Assembly (NCBI GenBank): GCA_002104905.1
Contig: MCFE01000123.1
Span: 62,001 to 126,000 of the forward strand
Source of the DNA: Basidiobolus meristosporus CBS 931.73
Lineage: Eukaryota > Fungi > Basidiobolomycota
Length of the DNA stretch: 64,000 bases
Direction of reading: 5' to 3'
Part shown: piece after piece, positions 22,637-37,849 of the stretch
Numbering within the stretch: position 1 is the stretch's first letter
How the letters are laid out: each line of letters starts with the position of its first letter
The notes under the pieces: generated by a model
What the model was told of the DNA's origin: nothing
What the model saw: the letters and a program-made list of their open reading frames with translations, nothing else
Databases searched by the model: none
Position numbers and translations under genes: made by a program

Positions 22637-25600
22637 TGTTATGATCTGCTGCTTGAATGTTTAAGTTGGATCAGTTTTTAGTCAAATCAATGAGCATATG
22701 TTTAGGTTATCAGTATATCAGTATTATCTATCAAATCAGTAGCATAGTCAGCAAATGAATCAGCAGATCCTTATCAGACAGAAATAGATGTATTAAGTAG
22801 GATCTTATTGGGTGATGATGATGCAATCAAATGAGTTATCAGCCACAACCTACACTAGGAAACACAATTAGTCAGCAATTGATCTAGCAAAATGTATATA
22901 AGGAGCTGCTGGAACCTCAATAAAAATCAGTTCAAGTTTTAGTGAATACAATACTAGCTAAACTCCCTATTCCTCTACAACTCTTATACCAAGACTTGTA
23001 ACATTGGTAGCAGCAATAAACAGAAACCTCCCTCCTGAAGAAAGAAGAAACCTCCCTCAAGATGTCAGACAATCAAGAATGGAAGAATGCCATGCAGCAA
23101 ATCCTGGCCCAACAGCAACAGTTACTCCAGATCCTCAGCCAACAGCAACAAGGAATTACAACCATGGCTCAGAACCAGCAAAGCCCTGTTAAGAACAACT
23201 TTAGTGTGAAGGTCAACCGGTACCATGGCAGAGTCAATGAAAACCTGGGAACTTGGCTCTTTCAGATTGAAGAAGCTTTTAAAGCTAAAGGAATTGCTCC
23301 AGAAAGCAAGTTGCATTATGCTGCTTCTTACCTGGCAACAAGATCAGGTCGGCCACTATGATGGGATGCTCTACAATTGCTACCTGGGATGAGTTTGTGT
23401 TGGAAATTCAGGATGCTTTTGAGCCTCCACACCAGCAGACACTACTAAGAAGGAAGTTAAAGACACTCAGACAGAAAGGAATGGTGCAAGAATACATCTA
23501 TGAGTACAGATGTCTACTTGGACAAATTGAAAGAATGGACCCATTGGATCAAGTTGAATACTCTATTGATGGGTTGAAGGAAAGAACTCGCAAGGAAGTG
23601 AATTACCAAAGACCTCAGACTATTGAAGAAGCCATCAAGATTGCCATTGATTATGACTCAGCTATGTTTGGAGTTGGGAAGCCTACAGTGACTAATCAAA
23701 AAGGCTACAATCATTAGGAAAGAAGTCAGTCAGAAGCAGTACCAATGAAAATAGACGCTATGCAGAAGAATCCTACCTCAGAAGAATGTAAGAAGAAAGG
23801 ACTTTGCTTCAATTGCCACCAGCAAGGACATATTGCAAAGTACTGCCCTCAGAGAAGAAATGGACACCAGCCAACACAAACCTTTAACCATATTGAGTCA
23901 CATGAACACAGTAATGTGGAAGATGAGCTTGAAGAAGACTTGGAACTCACCTTCCATTTGACAGAAGAGTACTTGTCCCAAATGACCTCAAACTCAGGGA
24001 AGTTATTGTACTTGAATGGAGTAATCAATGGAGTACCTGCCAAGATCATGATTGACTCAGGAGCATTGCATGAGTACATGTTGGAGCAATTTGCCTTGAA
24101 AGCTGGAATCAACTTGGAACCTACCAAATCAACTTCAGTCTCCACAGCTGATGGGAACTCTCACATAATCAACCGTATTACCCAGCCAGTAAGAATGAAG
24201 ATCAATGACTATGAAGAAGACCCACAGGCTTATATTTTTGGGAACTGCAAGTTTGACCTTGTACTTGGAAACACCTGGCTATTTTGTTGTAATCCATCAA
24301 TCAACTGGAGAACCCATGCTACTCAGATCCAAAAAGACAACAAGACCTATGAGCTATTACCTGCCAGGCTGGATTTCAACTTGGTCAATTCCAGTGTGTG
24401 TGAGACAAGTGAACTTAGCAAGACCCAGTTCTGTAGAGCACTTAGAAAAGGTACCGAGATGTTCCTCATGGCTGTATTACAGGAGGATACTGCTACCCCA
24501 GCACCCCAGCAGGTCCAGACTCTCTTGAAGAAATATTTGGACGTGTTTCCGGATGAGATTGTAAGCCTACCAACAGTCAGAGACATGGATCATGCCATTG
24601 ACACAGGAGATAGCCCTCCAGTGAGCAAGACACCTTACAGAATGAGTCCATTGGAATTGGAGGAAATGAAGAGACAAATTGATCAGCTATTGGAGCAAGG
24701 ATATATCAGGCCCAGCAAGTCACCCTGGGGAGCACCAGTGCTTTTTGTGAAAAAGAAGGATGGAACACTTAGGATGTGCATTGACTACAGAGCCCTGAAC
24801 TCAGTTACTGTCAAGAATAAGTACCCCATACCTTGGATTGATGAGCTTTTGGACCAACTTAATGGAGCCACTATTTTCAGCAAGATTGACCTCATGTCAG
24901 GATTCAACCAGATTAGGGTGAAGCCAGAAGACATCCCTAAGACAGCATTCAGGACCAGATATGGACATTACAAGTACTTAGTCATGAGTTTTGGCCTCAC
25001 CAATGCCCCTGCAACTTTCATGACCCTGATGCAGATTGTCTTCCAGGAGTACTTAGACAAGTTTGTCATAATCTACCTAGATGATATACTGATATACAGC
25101 AAGACAGAAGAGGATCACTTGGTGCACATTGAAAAGGTCTTGAAGAAGCTAAGAGAGAACAAGCTTTACAGCAAGCTACCCAAGTGTGAATTCTTCAAGG
25201 AACATGTAGAATATCTGGGACATATAGTGACTAGCACAGGAGTAACCATAGACCCCAAGAAGGTAGAAGTAATCAAGAATTTGAAGCAGCCCCATAGCAT
25301 ATCAGAACTTAGATCATTCCTTGGAATGGTTTCCTATTATTGGAGATTTGTCAAGTCTTTTGCAAGTATTGCAGCCCCTTTAACTGATATCCTCAAGAAA
25401 GACAATACCTACAAGTGGGACATAGCTTGTGAGACTGCCTTCCAGATGCTCAAGAATGAACTTGCTAAGCTGCCAAGCTTAAGAATACCAGATTTCAGAA
25501 AAGAGTTCACTCTGTGCACAGATGCTTCAGATTATGCAATTGGTGGAGTGCTGAGCCAAGAACACGAGGGAAAGGACTACCCTGTTGCCTTTGAATCCAA

Positions 25601-27548
25601 GAAACTGAACTCAGCAGAACAAAACTATCCAGTACATGAGAAGGAGATGCTTGCTATAATACACTGATTGAAGACATGGAGATGCTATATTGAAGGAGTC
25701 AAATGCACTGTGAAGACTGATCATGCCTCCCTCAAGTATATATTTACTAAGAAGGTACTCTCTAGAAGAATGACAAGATGGAGTGAATACATTCAGCAAT
25801 TTGACCTGGAGATTGTCTATTGTCCTGGAAAAAACAACACGGTTGCTGATGCCTTATCAAGATTAGACCAAGTTGCACAACTCAACTTGGTGCATGAATC
25901 AGATTGGCCTAGCTTATTACCAAAGTACTTGGAGGACCAAGCCATTCCTAATGAGGTGGATGAAGATATCAAGAAGATTATCCGTGATGAAGCCAGCAAA
26001 TTTGTTGTACAGGATGAAACACTCTACCAAATTGTTGATGGAAGCCCTATTGCCTATTGTCCTTATGTTGCTCACCTGGATTTAATACATAAGCTACACA
26101 ATGGATATGGACATCTTGGGATTGAAGGAACCTATAGCCTTGTGAAAGCCAGAGCATGGTGGCCCAGAATGAAACAAGATATTGAGAAGCTAGTGAAAAC
26201 ATGCCCAAACTGCCAAATCAATCAAGGCCAGCCACAAAGAATTGCCGAACTCTTCCCTTTGGAGCCTGTAAGATCATTTGAGAGATGGGGAATTGACTTT
26301 ATTGGAAGACTGCCAACTACCAGGAAATGCAACCGTTGGATCCTAGTAGCAATTGACCATGCCATTAAATGGCCAGTTGCTAAAGCTGTACCAATAGCCA
26401 GTGAACAAGAAGTTGCAAGTTTCATTTACCATGAGATCCTGATGAAGTTTGGATGCCCTGTGGAGATCTTATCCAATAGAGGTGCAAATTTTATGGCAAA
26501 GACATTAGAGGCTTACCTGGAAATGCAGCAGATCAGACACTTGAAAACCTCAGCATATCACCCCGGAACTAATGGAGTCACTGAGCGGTTTAATGGATTA
26601 TTTGGAAAAATGCTGACCAAGTATGCAAATGGAGTTGTCAGTAGATGGGAAGAGTACATAGACCAAGCACTCTTTGCATGCAGAGTCAGAGTGCACAACA
26701 CCACCCAGCAATCACCATTTTACTTAGTTTATGGATGTGAACCAAGGATTCCAGGAGATCTCACACAACCAAAACTTACAGACACCTTAGAAGATGAACT
26801 CAGTCAGCCAAGTAGACACCAGCAACTGGAACAAAGACGTCAAGAGGCACAGACCAAAGTATCTCAAAGTGCAGAAAAGATGAAGCAGAGATTTGATAAG
26901 ACTATAGCACCAGAAGCATTGACAGTTGGGAACTTTGTATTGCTAAGAAACAACACTTGGAAGAAGTTTGAGCCACAATGGACAGGGCCATTCAAGATCA
27001 TCAGAGAATGTCCATTTGCAACTTACCAACTGGTGGACAAACAAGGCAATATCCGGGAAGACTTAGTGCATAGGGACAGACTCAAGCTTGCAAGACTTGC
27101 TGATAATACTGAACCATCAAGATATTGGTATCACAAGAAAAGAGATTCAGGAGAACCCTCTCAACTTTAGTAGGGGAGAAGGTTATGATCTGCCGCTTGA
27201 ATGTTTAAGTTAGATCAGTTTTTAGTCAAATCAATGAGCATATGTTTAGGTTATCAGTATATCAGTATTTTCTATGAAATCAGTAGCATTAGTCAGCAAA
27301 TGAATCAGCAGATCCTTATCAGACAGAAATAGATATATTAAGTAGGATCTTTTTGGGTGATGATGATGCAATCAAATGAGTCATCAGCCACAACCTACAC
27401 TAGGAAATACAATTAGTCAGCAATTGATCTGGCAAAATGTATATAAGGAGCTGCTGGAACCTCAATAAAAATCAGTTCAAGTTTTAGTGAATACAATACT
27501 AGCTAAACTCCCTATTCCTCTACAACTCTTATACCAAGACTTGTAACA
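22637..27548 (+). mobile_element. Full-length Ty3/gypsy element (family D), 367-bp LTRs, 4-bp TSD AGTG
   Basis: LTRs 22637..23003 and 27181..27548; PBS TGGTAGCAG (tRNAiMet-type); PPT AGTAGGGGAGAA; inserted inside a family-A LTR. Confidence 0.95.
23062..27170 (+). pseudogene. Gypsy gag-pol (gag, CCHC, protease, RT, RNase H, integrase) with a frameshift and two stops; no chromodomain
   Basis: [45 protein letters not shown] and GVTERFN. Break near 23350; stops at 23715-23717 and 25665-25667. Confidence 0.93.
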
Positions 27549-30500
27549 AGTGATTGGGAAAACAAGTAGATTATGTGGTTTTCATCCAATGATTCACCAA
27601 ATGTAAAGGTAGTACTTTGATTTTTACATGGTTTTGGCATGATAAGTGCCTAGAATAGCTTCAGGAAGGCTCCAAGAATATATGACAAAATTTAGGGGCT
27701 GTTTGGACAACTTTCAGAATTTTCATGTTCTGGGTACCTGATATTTTGGTGTGATTGTTCTAAGTGAATCCCTACAAAGAATTAGGTCAGTATTCTCTCA
27801 GATTTGAAAGTAATGATCTATGTGGCTAAGTTAGGTGAGTATTTATACAAAATTGCCAGCTTTTACAACACTACTACTCAACTAAATACATATACTGAGC
27901 AGTCACAATTTTGACCTAAGATATCCAAACTTGTCTTTACCTAATGGCTTGATAAACATGTCTGCAATCATTTAATCTGTAAGACAGTAAGCTAAGTTAA
28001 CCAAGCTACTATCTATAGCTTCATGTATGAAATGATTTAAATACCAACATGCTTAGTTCTAGCACTGTAAGTGGCATTTCAACCTGGCTGTATACATCCT
28101 GAATTATTGTGAAATATATTATTAGGCAATTTTTTACATAAGCCTGAATTCTTGAAAAGCTTCCTTAGCTATGTTACTTCTTTTGATAGCTTCACAGACT
28201 GCCATATTCTCTGCATATGCGGTTGAAAGTTCTATGGGTGGTTGCTTTCTTGAATTCCATAAGATTGAGGCTTGAACATGAAGAAAGGTGTATCCTGTAG
28301 TAGATCTTGTATCCTCTAAATTTCATCCCCAATCATCATCATAGTATCCCATATGAGCTTGTTCTGAATCCTTATAGGCATACCTTGAGCAGATATTAGT
28401 AGTTCCTCTTAGGTATCTAAAAAGCCACTTGACTGCTGCAATATGATCAAATTCATATCTCTGAAAATAAATGCTGACAACTTCCACCAAATATGAGATT
28501 TCTGGATGTGCTCCAAGCATGATATATATCTACCTGTTAGCTATATATTGATAAGGAGAGCAAAGGCTTTCTGATGACACTAATCTCTCTAAAGTTGAGT
28601 TTTGGCCAAGTTAAGGTTTGTCTCCATTAGGGTAGCTGCCAGTTTACAGTCTTCCATTTGGTACTATTGTAGTATATTTTGAATATACCTGAATAGGCTT
28701 AGGGTGATAGTGTGTGTACTTCCATCCATGGAGAACTTTATCTCTAAGTAGTAACCAAGTTCTCTTAGATTGTTAATCTTGACTCTTTAGACAGGCTGGA
28801 TTTAGTTTCTGCCAATGTTTCTAGATTAGTGATGGCTTTAATAAAATCATCCACATATAGAGCTAATAGTACAGGGCTTGCCATATTTGACTTATTGTAT
28901 ATACTATAGTCAGCATTACTCCTTCTGAAACTCAAATATTCCAAGTAAGAAAGTATATTGCACCTCCAGGCTCTTGGTAATTATTTGAGTCCATATAGAG
29001 ATTTTTTAGGCTTGCAGACCAAATGGGGGTTATGTTGCTCAGCACACCCACTAGGCTTGTCTATCTACCCATCCTCATCAGGTACTCTGTTCAAAAATGC
29101 AGCTTTTACATGTGTATGATGCATAAAAAGCTTATATGTAGCTGCAATAGCTAATATTAATCTGAAAGGACTAAGCTTGGTTACTGGTGCAAAGGTCCCA
29201 GTTTAGGCAAGTCCTTTGGAATGACAGTATCTTTTGGCTACAAGTCTTGCTTTGTATCTTTCAACTGCACAATCAGCCTTACATTTTGGCTTAAAGACCC
29301 ACATGGATCCAATCAATTTTTGGTTGATTTGTAATTTGACTTAGTCCCAAATTTAATTTTCCATCAGGGCCTGATATTCCTGAGTCATTGCAGATCTCTA
29401 AAACTTTCTCTGAGAGCTACTTAAGGACTCTTTTATGGTCTAGGGCTCATTAATATGGACTGAATAAGCATAGGTTAAGTTTGTAACCACATTGATATAG
29501 TAACTTGGGCTATTTCTTGTCCAGTTGAATTTCCTGGCATATAGTACTGAAATGATCACTTCTGGGATATTACTTAACACCAATTCAGGCAGGATTCTGG
29601 TTGTAGAGTACTTTGAGTTGAACAAGCTTCATTGTCTTGTTCTAACTGAAATCTGATTATTGGTGAAACTGTGATCAGATTTTTGTCATCATCTGATGTC
29701 ATTATTTGGGAAAGCATTGAGTTTACCCTGACAACACATCCCTGGACCAAATTGGCTTCTTTGCATTGATATTGTGGAGTCTGTAAGATTTACCTTCATT
29801 GCAGTAGCCCAAAAATATGCATTTTACACTTTTTAGCTCAAATTTTGGCTGATTTCAGGGCAGTTTCTGAGCATATGCTCTACACCCATATATTCATGGA
29901 TGTTCTGCACTTATTCTGTATTTGTATTATGCTACAATTGGAGTAGAGTCCCAAAGTACTCTGTTATAACTTTTAATTTCAAGGTATACAGCTGTGGCAA
30001 CTGATTCTGCCCAAATATCAGAAAGGTTTCTGATTATGGGTCATAAATCTTGCCATACCAGTAATTGAACTTTTTGCACTTTTTGCTACCAATTCTGCTC
30101 TGGGAAGAATGGTAAAGTACGCTGTTGCTGTATCCCATGAGTTTTGTACAAGTGAATGAAGAGCTTTCAGGTATATTCTCCATCAATGTCAGAGCATATT
30201 TTCTGGATTTTTTCACCAGTTTCTCTCTCAACCATTGTTTTAAGCTCCCTGAGCTTGGAAAGAGCATCTTATTTTCTCCCCATGAAGTAGACCCATGTGT
30301 TTTGTGTAGTAAGCAATAAAAGTGATCTAATACTTCATCCTGCCTAAGGATAAACTTTGCATAGGTCCACATAGATCTGAGTTAATTAGATCTAATTTTT
30401 TCTTAGTTCTGACCAACCCAGAGCTCTTGAATGATTGTCTGGCTTGTTTCCCATATATTCAGGCTTCACAGTGCTCCAAATTAGCTGGGGGATGAACTTA

Positions 30501-33471
30501 AATTTGGAAATTAGCTGATCTTTGATTATTTTGCACAAATAATCAAAATTGATATGTCTGAATCTCCTGTGCCAAAGCATTGGTGTTTTTTCATTTTAGT
30601 TACCTATATTGGTTTCCAGATATGATGGACTATAAGTTAACTTGTATAGACTCCCATCTCTGATACCCAAAGCAATGTGGGCACCACTCAGATCAGTGTT
30701 TCTGCATCCAGAGCTGCCAAAACTGAAACTGAGTCCTTCTGCTGTAGCCTTGCTGACAGATAGTAGATTCTTGGTCATTTCTGGTTCATAGAGTACTTCT
30801 TTAATGGTCAGTGTATGGCTTCCTTCACTGCTTTTAAGGTTTACTTAGATTACTCCTTCTCCCACTGCATCAAGTACACTATTGTCACCCACAAAAACCT
30901 TCTTAATTGGAATATCCTGATATTGGGTAAAAATTACTGATTAGCATGTAAATGTTGAGATGCTCCAGAGTCCATATACCATGTTGGAGAATCCTTTTTT
31001 GTGGTCATATTTAGTGCAGATATCAAAAGTCTATCTTCAGTTGTTGCAGCATTTTGATATTCAGTTTTTTTCTGCTAACTGTCTGTTGTCAAAATTTGGA
31101 ATTCCACCTAAATGTTCACCTAACTTAGTCACTTATGAGTCACATAGACCATTACCTTCAAATCCTAGAGAATACTGACCAAATTCCTTGTTGGAATTTG
31201 CTTAGAATATTGTCACCAAAATACCTGGTACCTACAACATGAAAATTCTCAAAGTTGTCCAAACAGCCCCAAAGTTTGCACACATGTTCTTGGGACCTTC
31301 TTTAACCTGTTCTACATGTTTGTAATGCCAAGACCAGGTAGAAGTATAAATACTACTTTTACATTCAATAAATCATTAAGTGAAAACCACATAGTCTACT
31401 TGTCCTCCCAATCACTCCCAATATATCCAAGACTCTTACAGCAGGTTATGAGCCCAAGCTGTCACTCTCTGCAATGTCTACTACTGCTATTACTGGAATT
31501 TTTCCCTCTGCTGAGAAGTTGGATGGATCTAACTACCAAGTGTGGAAGGTGAAGATGAATATGCTGCTACAAGAAAGAGGCCTTTGGGATATTGTTGTGG
31601 GAGAGGAATGCACTCATAAAAATGTAGATGAGGAAGCCTTAAAGTACCAGAAGAAAGAACAAAGTGCCTTTAACTGCATTTGCCTTAATGTTAAGGACAT
31701 AGTGCTTATTCAATGCTCTGGAGCAAAATGGAAAAGAATGCCTGGAAGGCATTAGAAGACATCTACTAGTCATGTTCTGCTGCCAAGAAAATGTATCTGA
31801 GACAAAAATTCTTTACTACAAGATGCTGCCAGCGGAAGATATGAAAAATCTAATTAACAGAATTACCCTGCTAGTAGATGAAATGGAATATGTAGGCATA
31901 CCAGCTACTGCTGAGGATGCAATAGTTACCATCCTGAATAGCCTGGCAGACATGTTTCAGGGCCTTGTATCAGCCCTGGAGTCCAGAACTGAAGATTTGA
32001 CCTTAAATTACATAGATGGAAGGCTCCTGGATCAAGAATTAAGGAAATCAACACCAATAAGAAGGAAGCAGAAAATGCTTTGGCTAGCAATGAAAATTCA
32101 CAAAGAAGGTACCCAACACCCTACAAAGACAACAGCAACCTGTTTTGCAACTACTGCAAAAGTAAAGGGCACACATCAGTCTGGTGCTTCAAAAAGAAAA
32201 ATAGTCTGCAGAAAAAGCCTGAATATGGAAATACTGCAACAACTGAAGATAAGCTATTCATATTTGCACTAAATATGACCACAAACAAGGATCCTTAGAC
32301 ATGGAACCTTGCCTCTGGAGCATCTTAACACTTTACACACCAACAAGAACTTTTTACCCAATATTAAGAGATTCCAATTAAATAGGTTTTCATTGGTGAC
32401 AATAGAGCACTTGATCCAGTGGGAGAGGGAACTATCCAAATAAACCTAAGAAACAGTGAAGGAAGCCATACACCAACCTTCAAAACTCTTCATCCACTTC
32501 TGCAAAATTCATGGGATAAAGCAAGAGACTACTGTTCCATACTCTGCACAGCAAAATGAAGTATCAGAATGTGCTAACAGATCAATAATTGATATGGCAA
32601 GATCTAGGATCCATGATCAATAATTACTCTATGATTTTTGGGTGGAGTTAGTTGCCACTGCTGTATATCTTAAAAATAGGAGCTATAACAGACTACTTTG
32701 TGGTTGTACTCCATTTGAAGCATGGTATGGATACAGACCAAGTGCAGAACACCTAAAAGTATTTGGGTGTACAGCATATGCCAAGAAACTGCTTGGAAAT
32801 CAGTCAAAATTTGAACCAAAAAATGTAAAATGTGTATTTTTGGGTTACTGCAATGATAGTAAAGCATACAGACTCTACAATACCAAAGCAAAGAAGCTAA
32901 TCAAGTCCAGCGATGTGTTGTTTGATGAAAATTCAAAGTTTTCACATAAAATGACATCAGATGATTACAAAAATCTGATCTCAAGACCACTAATTGGCAG
33001 GATTGAATCAGAGCAAAAAAATGAAACTTTTTTCACTCCAGAGGACTCTACAACTGTGGTTCAGCCAAAATCAGTGCCCAGGAATATCCCAGAAGTGATC
33101 ATTCCAGTATCAAATGCCCAGAGATCTAATCAGACAAGAAATAGCCCAAATTGCTATATCAATGAGGGTACAAACTTAGCCTATGCCTATTCAGTCCATA
33201 TTGATGAGCCCCAGACTATAAAAGTGGCCCTAAATAGCTCTCAGACAAAGTTTTGGAGATCTGCAATGACTGAGGAATATCAGGCCCTGATGGAAAATCA
33301 AACTTGGGACTTAGTCAAATTACCAATCAACCATAAATCAATTGGGTGCAGATGGGTCTTCAAGACAGAGTATAAGGCTGATGGTACAATTGAAAGATAC
33401 AAAGCAAGACTTGTGGCCAAAGGATACTCTCAAACAAAAAGAACTTGACTATACTGAGACCTTTGCACCAA

Positions 33472-34550
33472 TGTGGTGGTGTATAAGTTCAAAGGGCAAA
33501 ATACAGCCAACACTTCTCAAGTGTGAATGTGTGTGGGGTGTTCACTGGGTGCAATAACCTCTGGGAAAAGCTTGCTAGGAATACTGGGTCTTTTGTCTAA
33601 TATAATGTGAAGGCAGATAAAGCCTCAAGCTTGTCAAGGGAAAACTACTGAACTACAATGCCCAACTTAGTTGGCGTCTTAACAGAAGTTTATAATGGCT
33701 TTGACGTCCTTTGAGATGAAAATGTACTAAAGCTTCCAAAGTCAAAACAACTCTAAACTCCACCAACAGGGACTTGATAAGAATGCAGCTTTGACCAATA
33801 GTTACAAAGACTGAAAAGTATCTTTGCCTGTACAAGAACAAACTTGGGAAAACAATCAAATATAATAAAATATACCTACTCTGAGTGTTCCTCATAAGTA
33901 GTGCCTCCAAGGTCAGTTGGCTGTCAGCATGGTTTCCTGGGAGTATTTTCAGGTCTGAGTCAGAAAATAGTGGTAATAGGCAGTGGTGATCTCACTAATC
34001 ACTAAGTCAGAATATTGGAAGAGGGATGATTTATTTTTAAAGGATAGCCTCCCTTATATACTTTTTTGCTGCTCAAATTCTTACTAGAAAATACTTTGCA
34101 GAAGTTACCAGAAGGTAGTAGACATCCAATCATGTTAATGTGTACTAAAAATAGCGCAAATTCTTGGCAGATTGTTCCATGAGACATAGTAGCACCTAGC
34201 CAATCAGATAGTGGTAATGTGAAACCTCTGTGTTGTATAGTTACCTCATATGGTAATAGGAGAGGAGGGTTATGAAACCAGGATGATCACATGACATTGG
34301 CACTGTTGGGGGTACTTGCCTTATATGGTAACTATCTTATCTTGGCATCTTTGAATGGAATAGGCATAACTTGTGCAATGGGTTAATAGTGACAAACAGT
34401 TTGCCAGGTTGCATAGTGATAATCACATAGACAGATAGGAAATATTGCAATTTGGGATGATACTAACACAGGGGGGGTAATCCTTTTTAGGGAAGTGAAT
34501 TTATGGGAATGAGCACATATGCCTGTGGGTGTCACTGTGACCTCACTACA
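33472..34550. mobile_element. Solo family-C LTR (about 1.08 kb), 4-bp TSD CCAA/CCGG
   Basis: TG...CA ends; interrupts the host codons TFAPVAKFNS (TTTGCA-CCGG-TAGCC). Confidence 0.85.
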
Positions 34551-34631
34551 CCGGTAGCCAAGTTTAATTCAATCAGATTAGTATTGGCTATTGCAGCCAA
34601 ATATGAGTTTTTATTCATCAAATGGATGTAA

Positions 34632-34998
34632 TGTTACAAGTCTTTGTATAAGAGTTGTAGAGGAATAGGGAGTTTAGCTAGTATTGTATTCACTAAAACT
34701 TGAACTGATCTTTATTGAGGTTCCAGCAGCTCCTTATAAACATTTTGCCAGATCAATTGCTGACTAATTGTATTTCCTAATATAGGTTGTGGCTGATGAC
34801 TCATTTGATTGCATCATCATCACCCAATAAGAACCTACTTAATATATCTATTTCTGTCTAATTAGGATCTGCTGATTCATTTGCTGACTATGCTACTGAT
34901 TTGATAGATAATACTGATATACTGATAACCTAAGCATATACTAATTGATTTGACTAAAAACTGATCTAACTTAAACATTCAAGTGGTAGATCATAACA
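34632..34998 (-). mobile_element. Solo LTR of gypsy family D, TSD GTAA
   Basis: Reverse complement of the family-D LTR; GTAA at 34628-34631 and 34999-35002; interrupts the host MDVKT codons. Confidence 0.9.
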
Positions 34999-36745
34999 GT
35001 AAACACTGCATTTTTGAATGAAGAACCTGATGAGGATCTGTATATGGACCAGCCTAATGGGCTTATTGAACAACATAACCCCCATTTGGTCTGCAAGCTT
35101 AAAAAGTCACTATATGGTCTCAAGCAATCACCAAGAGCCTGGAATTGCCAGATAGATTCTTATTTGGAATCTCTGAGTTTCAAAAGAAGTAATACTTACT
35201 ATAGTATATATAAGCAGCCAGATAGTTCAAGTCCACTTCTATTAGCTCTATATGCGGATGATCTTATTATAGCTGCCAATAGCCTAGCAACATTGGAACA
35301 GACTAAATCCAGCCTATCTAAGGAGTTCAAGATGTCCAATCTAGGAGAACCCAGTTACTACTTGGGGATTAAATTCTCCATAGACAGAAGTACCCAGACT
35401 ATCACCCTATGCCAGTCCAAGTATATTCAAGATATACTAAAGTAGTACCAAATGAAAGTCTGTAAACTGGCAGCTACCCCAATGGAGACAAACCTTAACT
35501 TAGTCAAAACTCAACCAAATCTAGGGAGCTTGGTGCCATCTGAAAGCCCTGACTTTCCTTATCAATCTATGGTTGACAGTTTGATGCATATCATGCTTGA
35601 AACACATCCAGATAGCTCATATTCAGTGAGAGTTGTCAGCCAACATAATCAGAACTATGGATCTGACCATACTGCTGCAGTTAAGCGGGTTTTTAGATAT
35701 CTAAAAGGAACTGCTGATATCTGCTTAAGATACACTTACAAGGACTCAGAGCAGGATCTTTTGGGATATTCTGATGCTTATTGGGGACAAAATTTGGAAG
35801 ACTGAAGATCCACCACAGGATACACCTTTCTTTACCGTAAAGGAGCAATTTCATGAAATTCAAGTGAGCAACCAACCATAACACTATCTTCCACAGAGGC
35901 AGAGTACATGGCAGCCTGTGAGGCTACAACAGTAGCAATGCGGTTAAGAAAGCTTTTTGCAGACTTAGGCCTATGTCAAAAAATGCCTATTACTTTATTT
36001 CAAGATAAGTAAGGATGTTTACAATTAGGTAGAAATCCAACTTTTCATGCTAGAACCAAGCACATATATATTAAACATCATTTCATACATGAAGCCATAG
36101 AGAATAACTTAGTTAGCTTAGTTTACTGTCCTACAAATGATATGATTGCAGACATATTTACCAAACTATTAGCTAGAGACAAGTTTGAATATCTTAGGTC
36201 AAAATTAGGACTAGTCAGTATGAACATTTAGCTGAGTGGGAGTGTTGTAAGAATTTGTATTTCCACCCAAATATTCTCCTAACTTTGTCATTTAGAACAT
36301 CACCTTCAAATCCTAGAGAATACTGACCAAATTCCTTGTCAGGATTCACTTAGAATATTTTCTCCAAAAAACCTGGTACCTAGAACATGAAAATTCTCAA
36401 AGTGGTCCGTACTGCCCCAAACTTTGCACACATGTTCTTGGGACCTTCTTTAGCCTATTCTACATGCTTGCTATGCCAAGACCAGGTAAAAGTATAAGTA
36501 CTACTTTTACATTCAATAAATCATTAAGTGAAAACCACATAATCAACTTGTCCTCCCAATCACTTCCAATATCTCTAAGACTCTTACAACACTATCTCCC
36601 TTGTCAAAGCACCGGTCTGATGAGTGTCCTCTCCTTTTGCAGTAGTAGCAACATAGGTTGGTATTGCTCTTGGAAGATCTTGAGCATCTCCTTTATTGGT
36701 TATCATTGCTTATCAAAGCATTTTCTTCTTCCTTCTTCTTGGTGC

Positions 36746-37815
36746 TGTGGTGGTGTATACGTCCAAGGGAGAGATACATCCAACACTTCTCAAGTGCTTT
36801 GTGTGTGGGGTGTTCACTGGGTGCAATAACCTCTGGCAAATCTTGCTAGGAATACTTGGGTTCTGTCTCTAATCTAATGTGAAGGGGAATAAAGCCACAA
36901 GCTTGTCAAGAGAAAACTATTGAGCTACAATCACCAACTTAGTTGGCATCTTAGTAAAAGTATGTGCTGGGTTCAGCATTATTTGAGATGACAATGTACT
37001 AAAGCTTCCAAAGTCAAAACAACTGTAAACTCCACCAGCAGGGACTTGATAAGAATGCAGCTGAGGTCAATAGTTACAAAGACAGAAAAGTATCTCTGCC
37101 TGTACAAGAAAAAACTTGGGAAAGAATCAAATACAACAAAAGATACCTACTCTGAGTTTTCCTCACAAGTAGTGCCTCTACGGTCAGTTGGCTGTCAGCG
37201 TAGTTTCCTGGGAGTGTCCTGTGGTCCAGGGTTGGAAGTTCAGGTAGCAGCAGGTAGCAGTGATTACACTAATCAGCAAGTTGGTATATTGATAAAAGGG
37301 AAGATCATTTACTGTTGAGAGACTGCCTCCCTTATATACTTCTCTCACTGGTAAAGTGATTACTAATCTTGGTGTTCCAGAAGGCTCTGGAGATCAACAG
37401 AAATCTTAATGACATCAGAGTGAGCTAAGAGTATTCTAGGTAGGTGCCAGAAGGTTCTAAGAGGCACAGCACATCCAATCAATCAGGAATTAGTATTATG
37501 AAACCTGTGTAACATAGCAATACCTTATATGGTATGAAAATTGTAGGGAAGGTGACATGGGTTGATCATGTGTCACAGGTACTGGTACAGGTACTTGCCT
37601 AATATAGAAGCACTTACAGCTAGTAATCTTACATCAAGTGAGGGATAACTTATGCAATAAGGTAAGCAGGTGTGATAGTCAACCAACTTATGGGATAGTA
37701 CTGATCAGGTAAGACAAATGGGATAAAACTAAAATAAGTTTAGTAGAGATATAGGGAAGTAGAAAATATGGGAATGTGCGTATATGTCAGTTGGTGTCAC
37801 TGTGACCCCACTAAA
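36746..37815. mobile_element. Solo family-C LTR (1070 bp), TSD GTGC
   Basis: GTGC at 36742-36745 and 37816-37819; collinear with 33472..34550. Confidence 0.88.
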
Positions 37816-37849
37816 GTGCTTGACTTTCTTAATTCTTCATCCAGCAACC

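Larger units (their letters stand above)
31084..36591 (+). mobile_element. Copia family-A element nested in antisense inside another family-A copy, TSD CTGTC/CTATC
   Basis: 5' LTR 31084..about 31443, PBS GGTTATGAGCCC, gag/IN/RT/RH pieces, PPT GCTGAGTGGGAG, 3' LTR about 36243..36591; the host gag sequence resumes after the TSD. Confidence 0.88.

Noticed and set aside
23715-23717. In-frame TAG between gypsy gag and pol as a programmed read-through
   Set aside because: The gag zinc knuckle lies downstream of the stop and the copy has other lesions, so a nonsense mutation is more likely.
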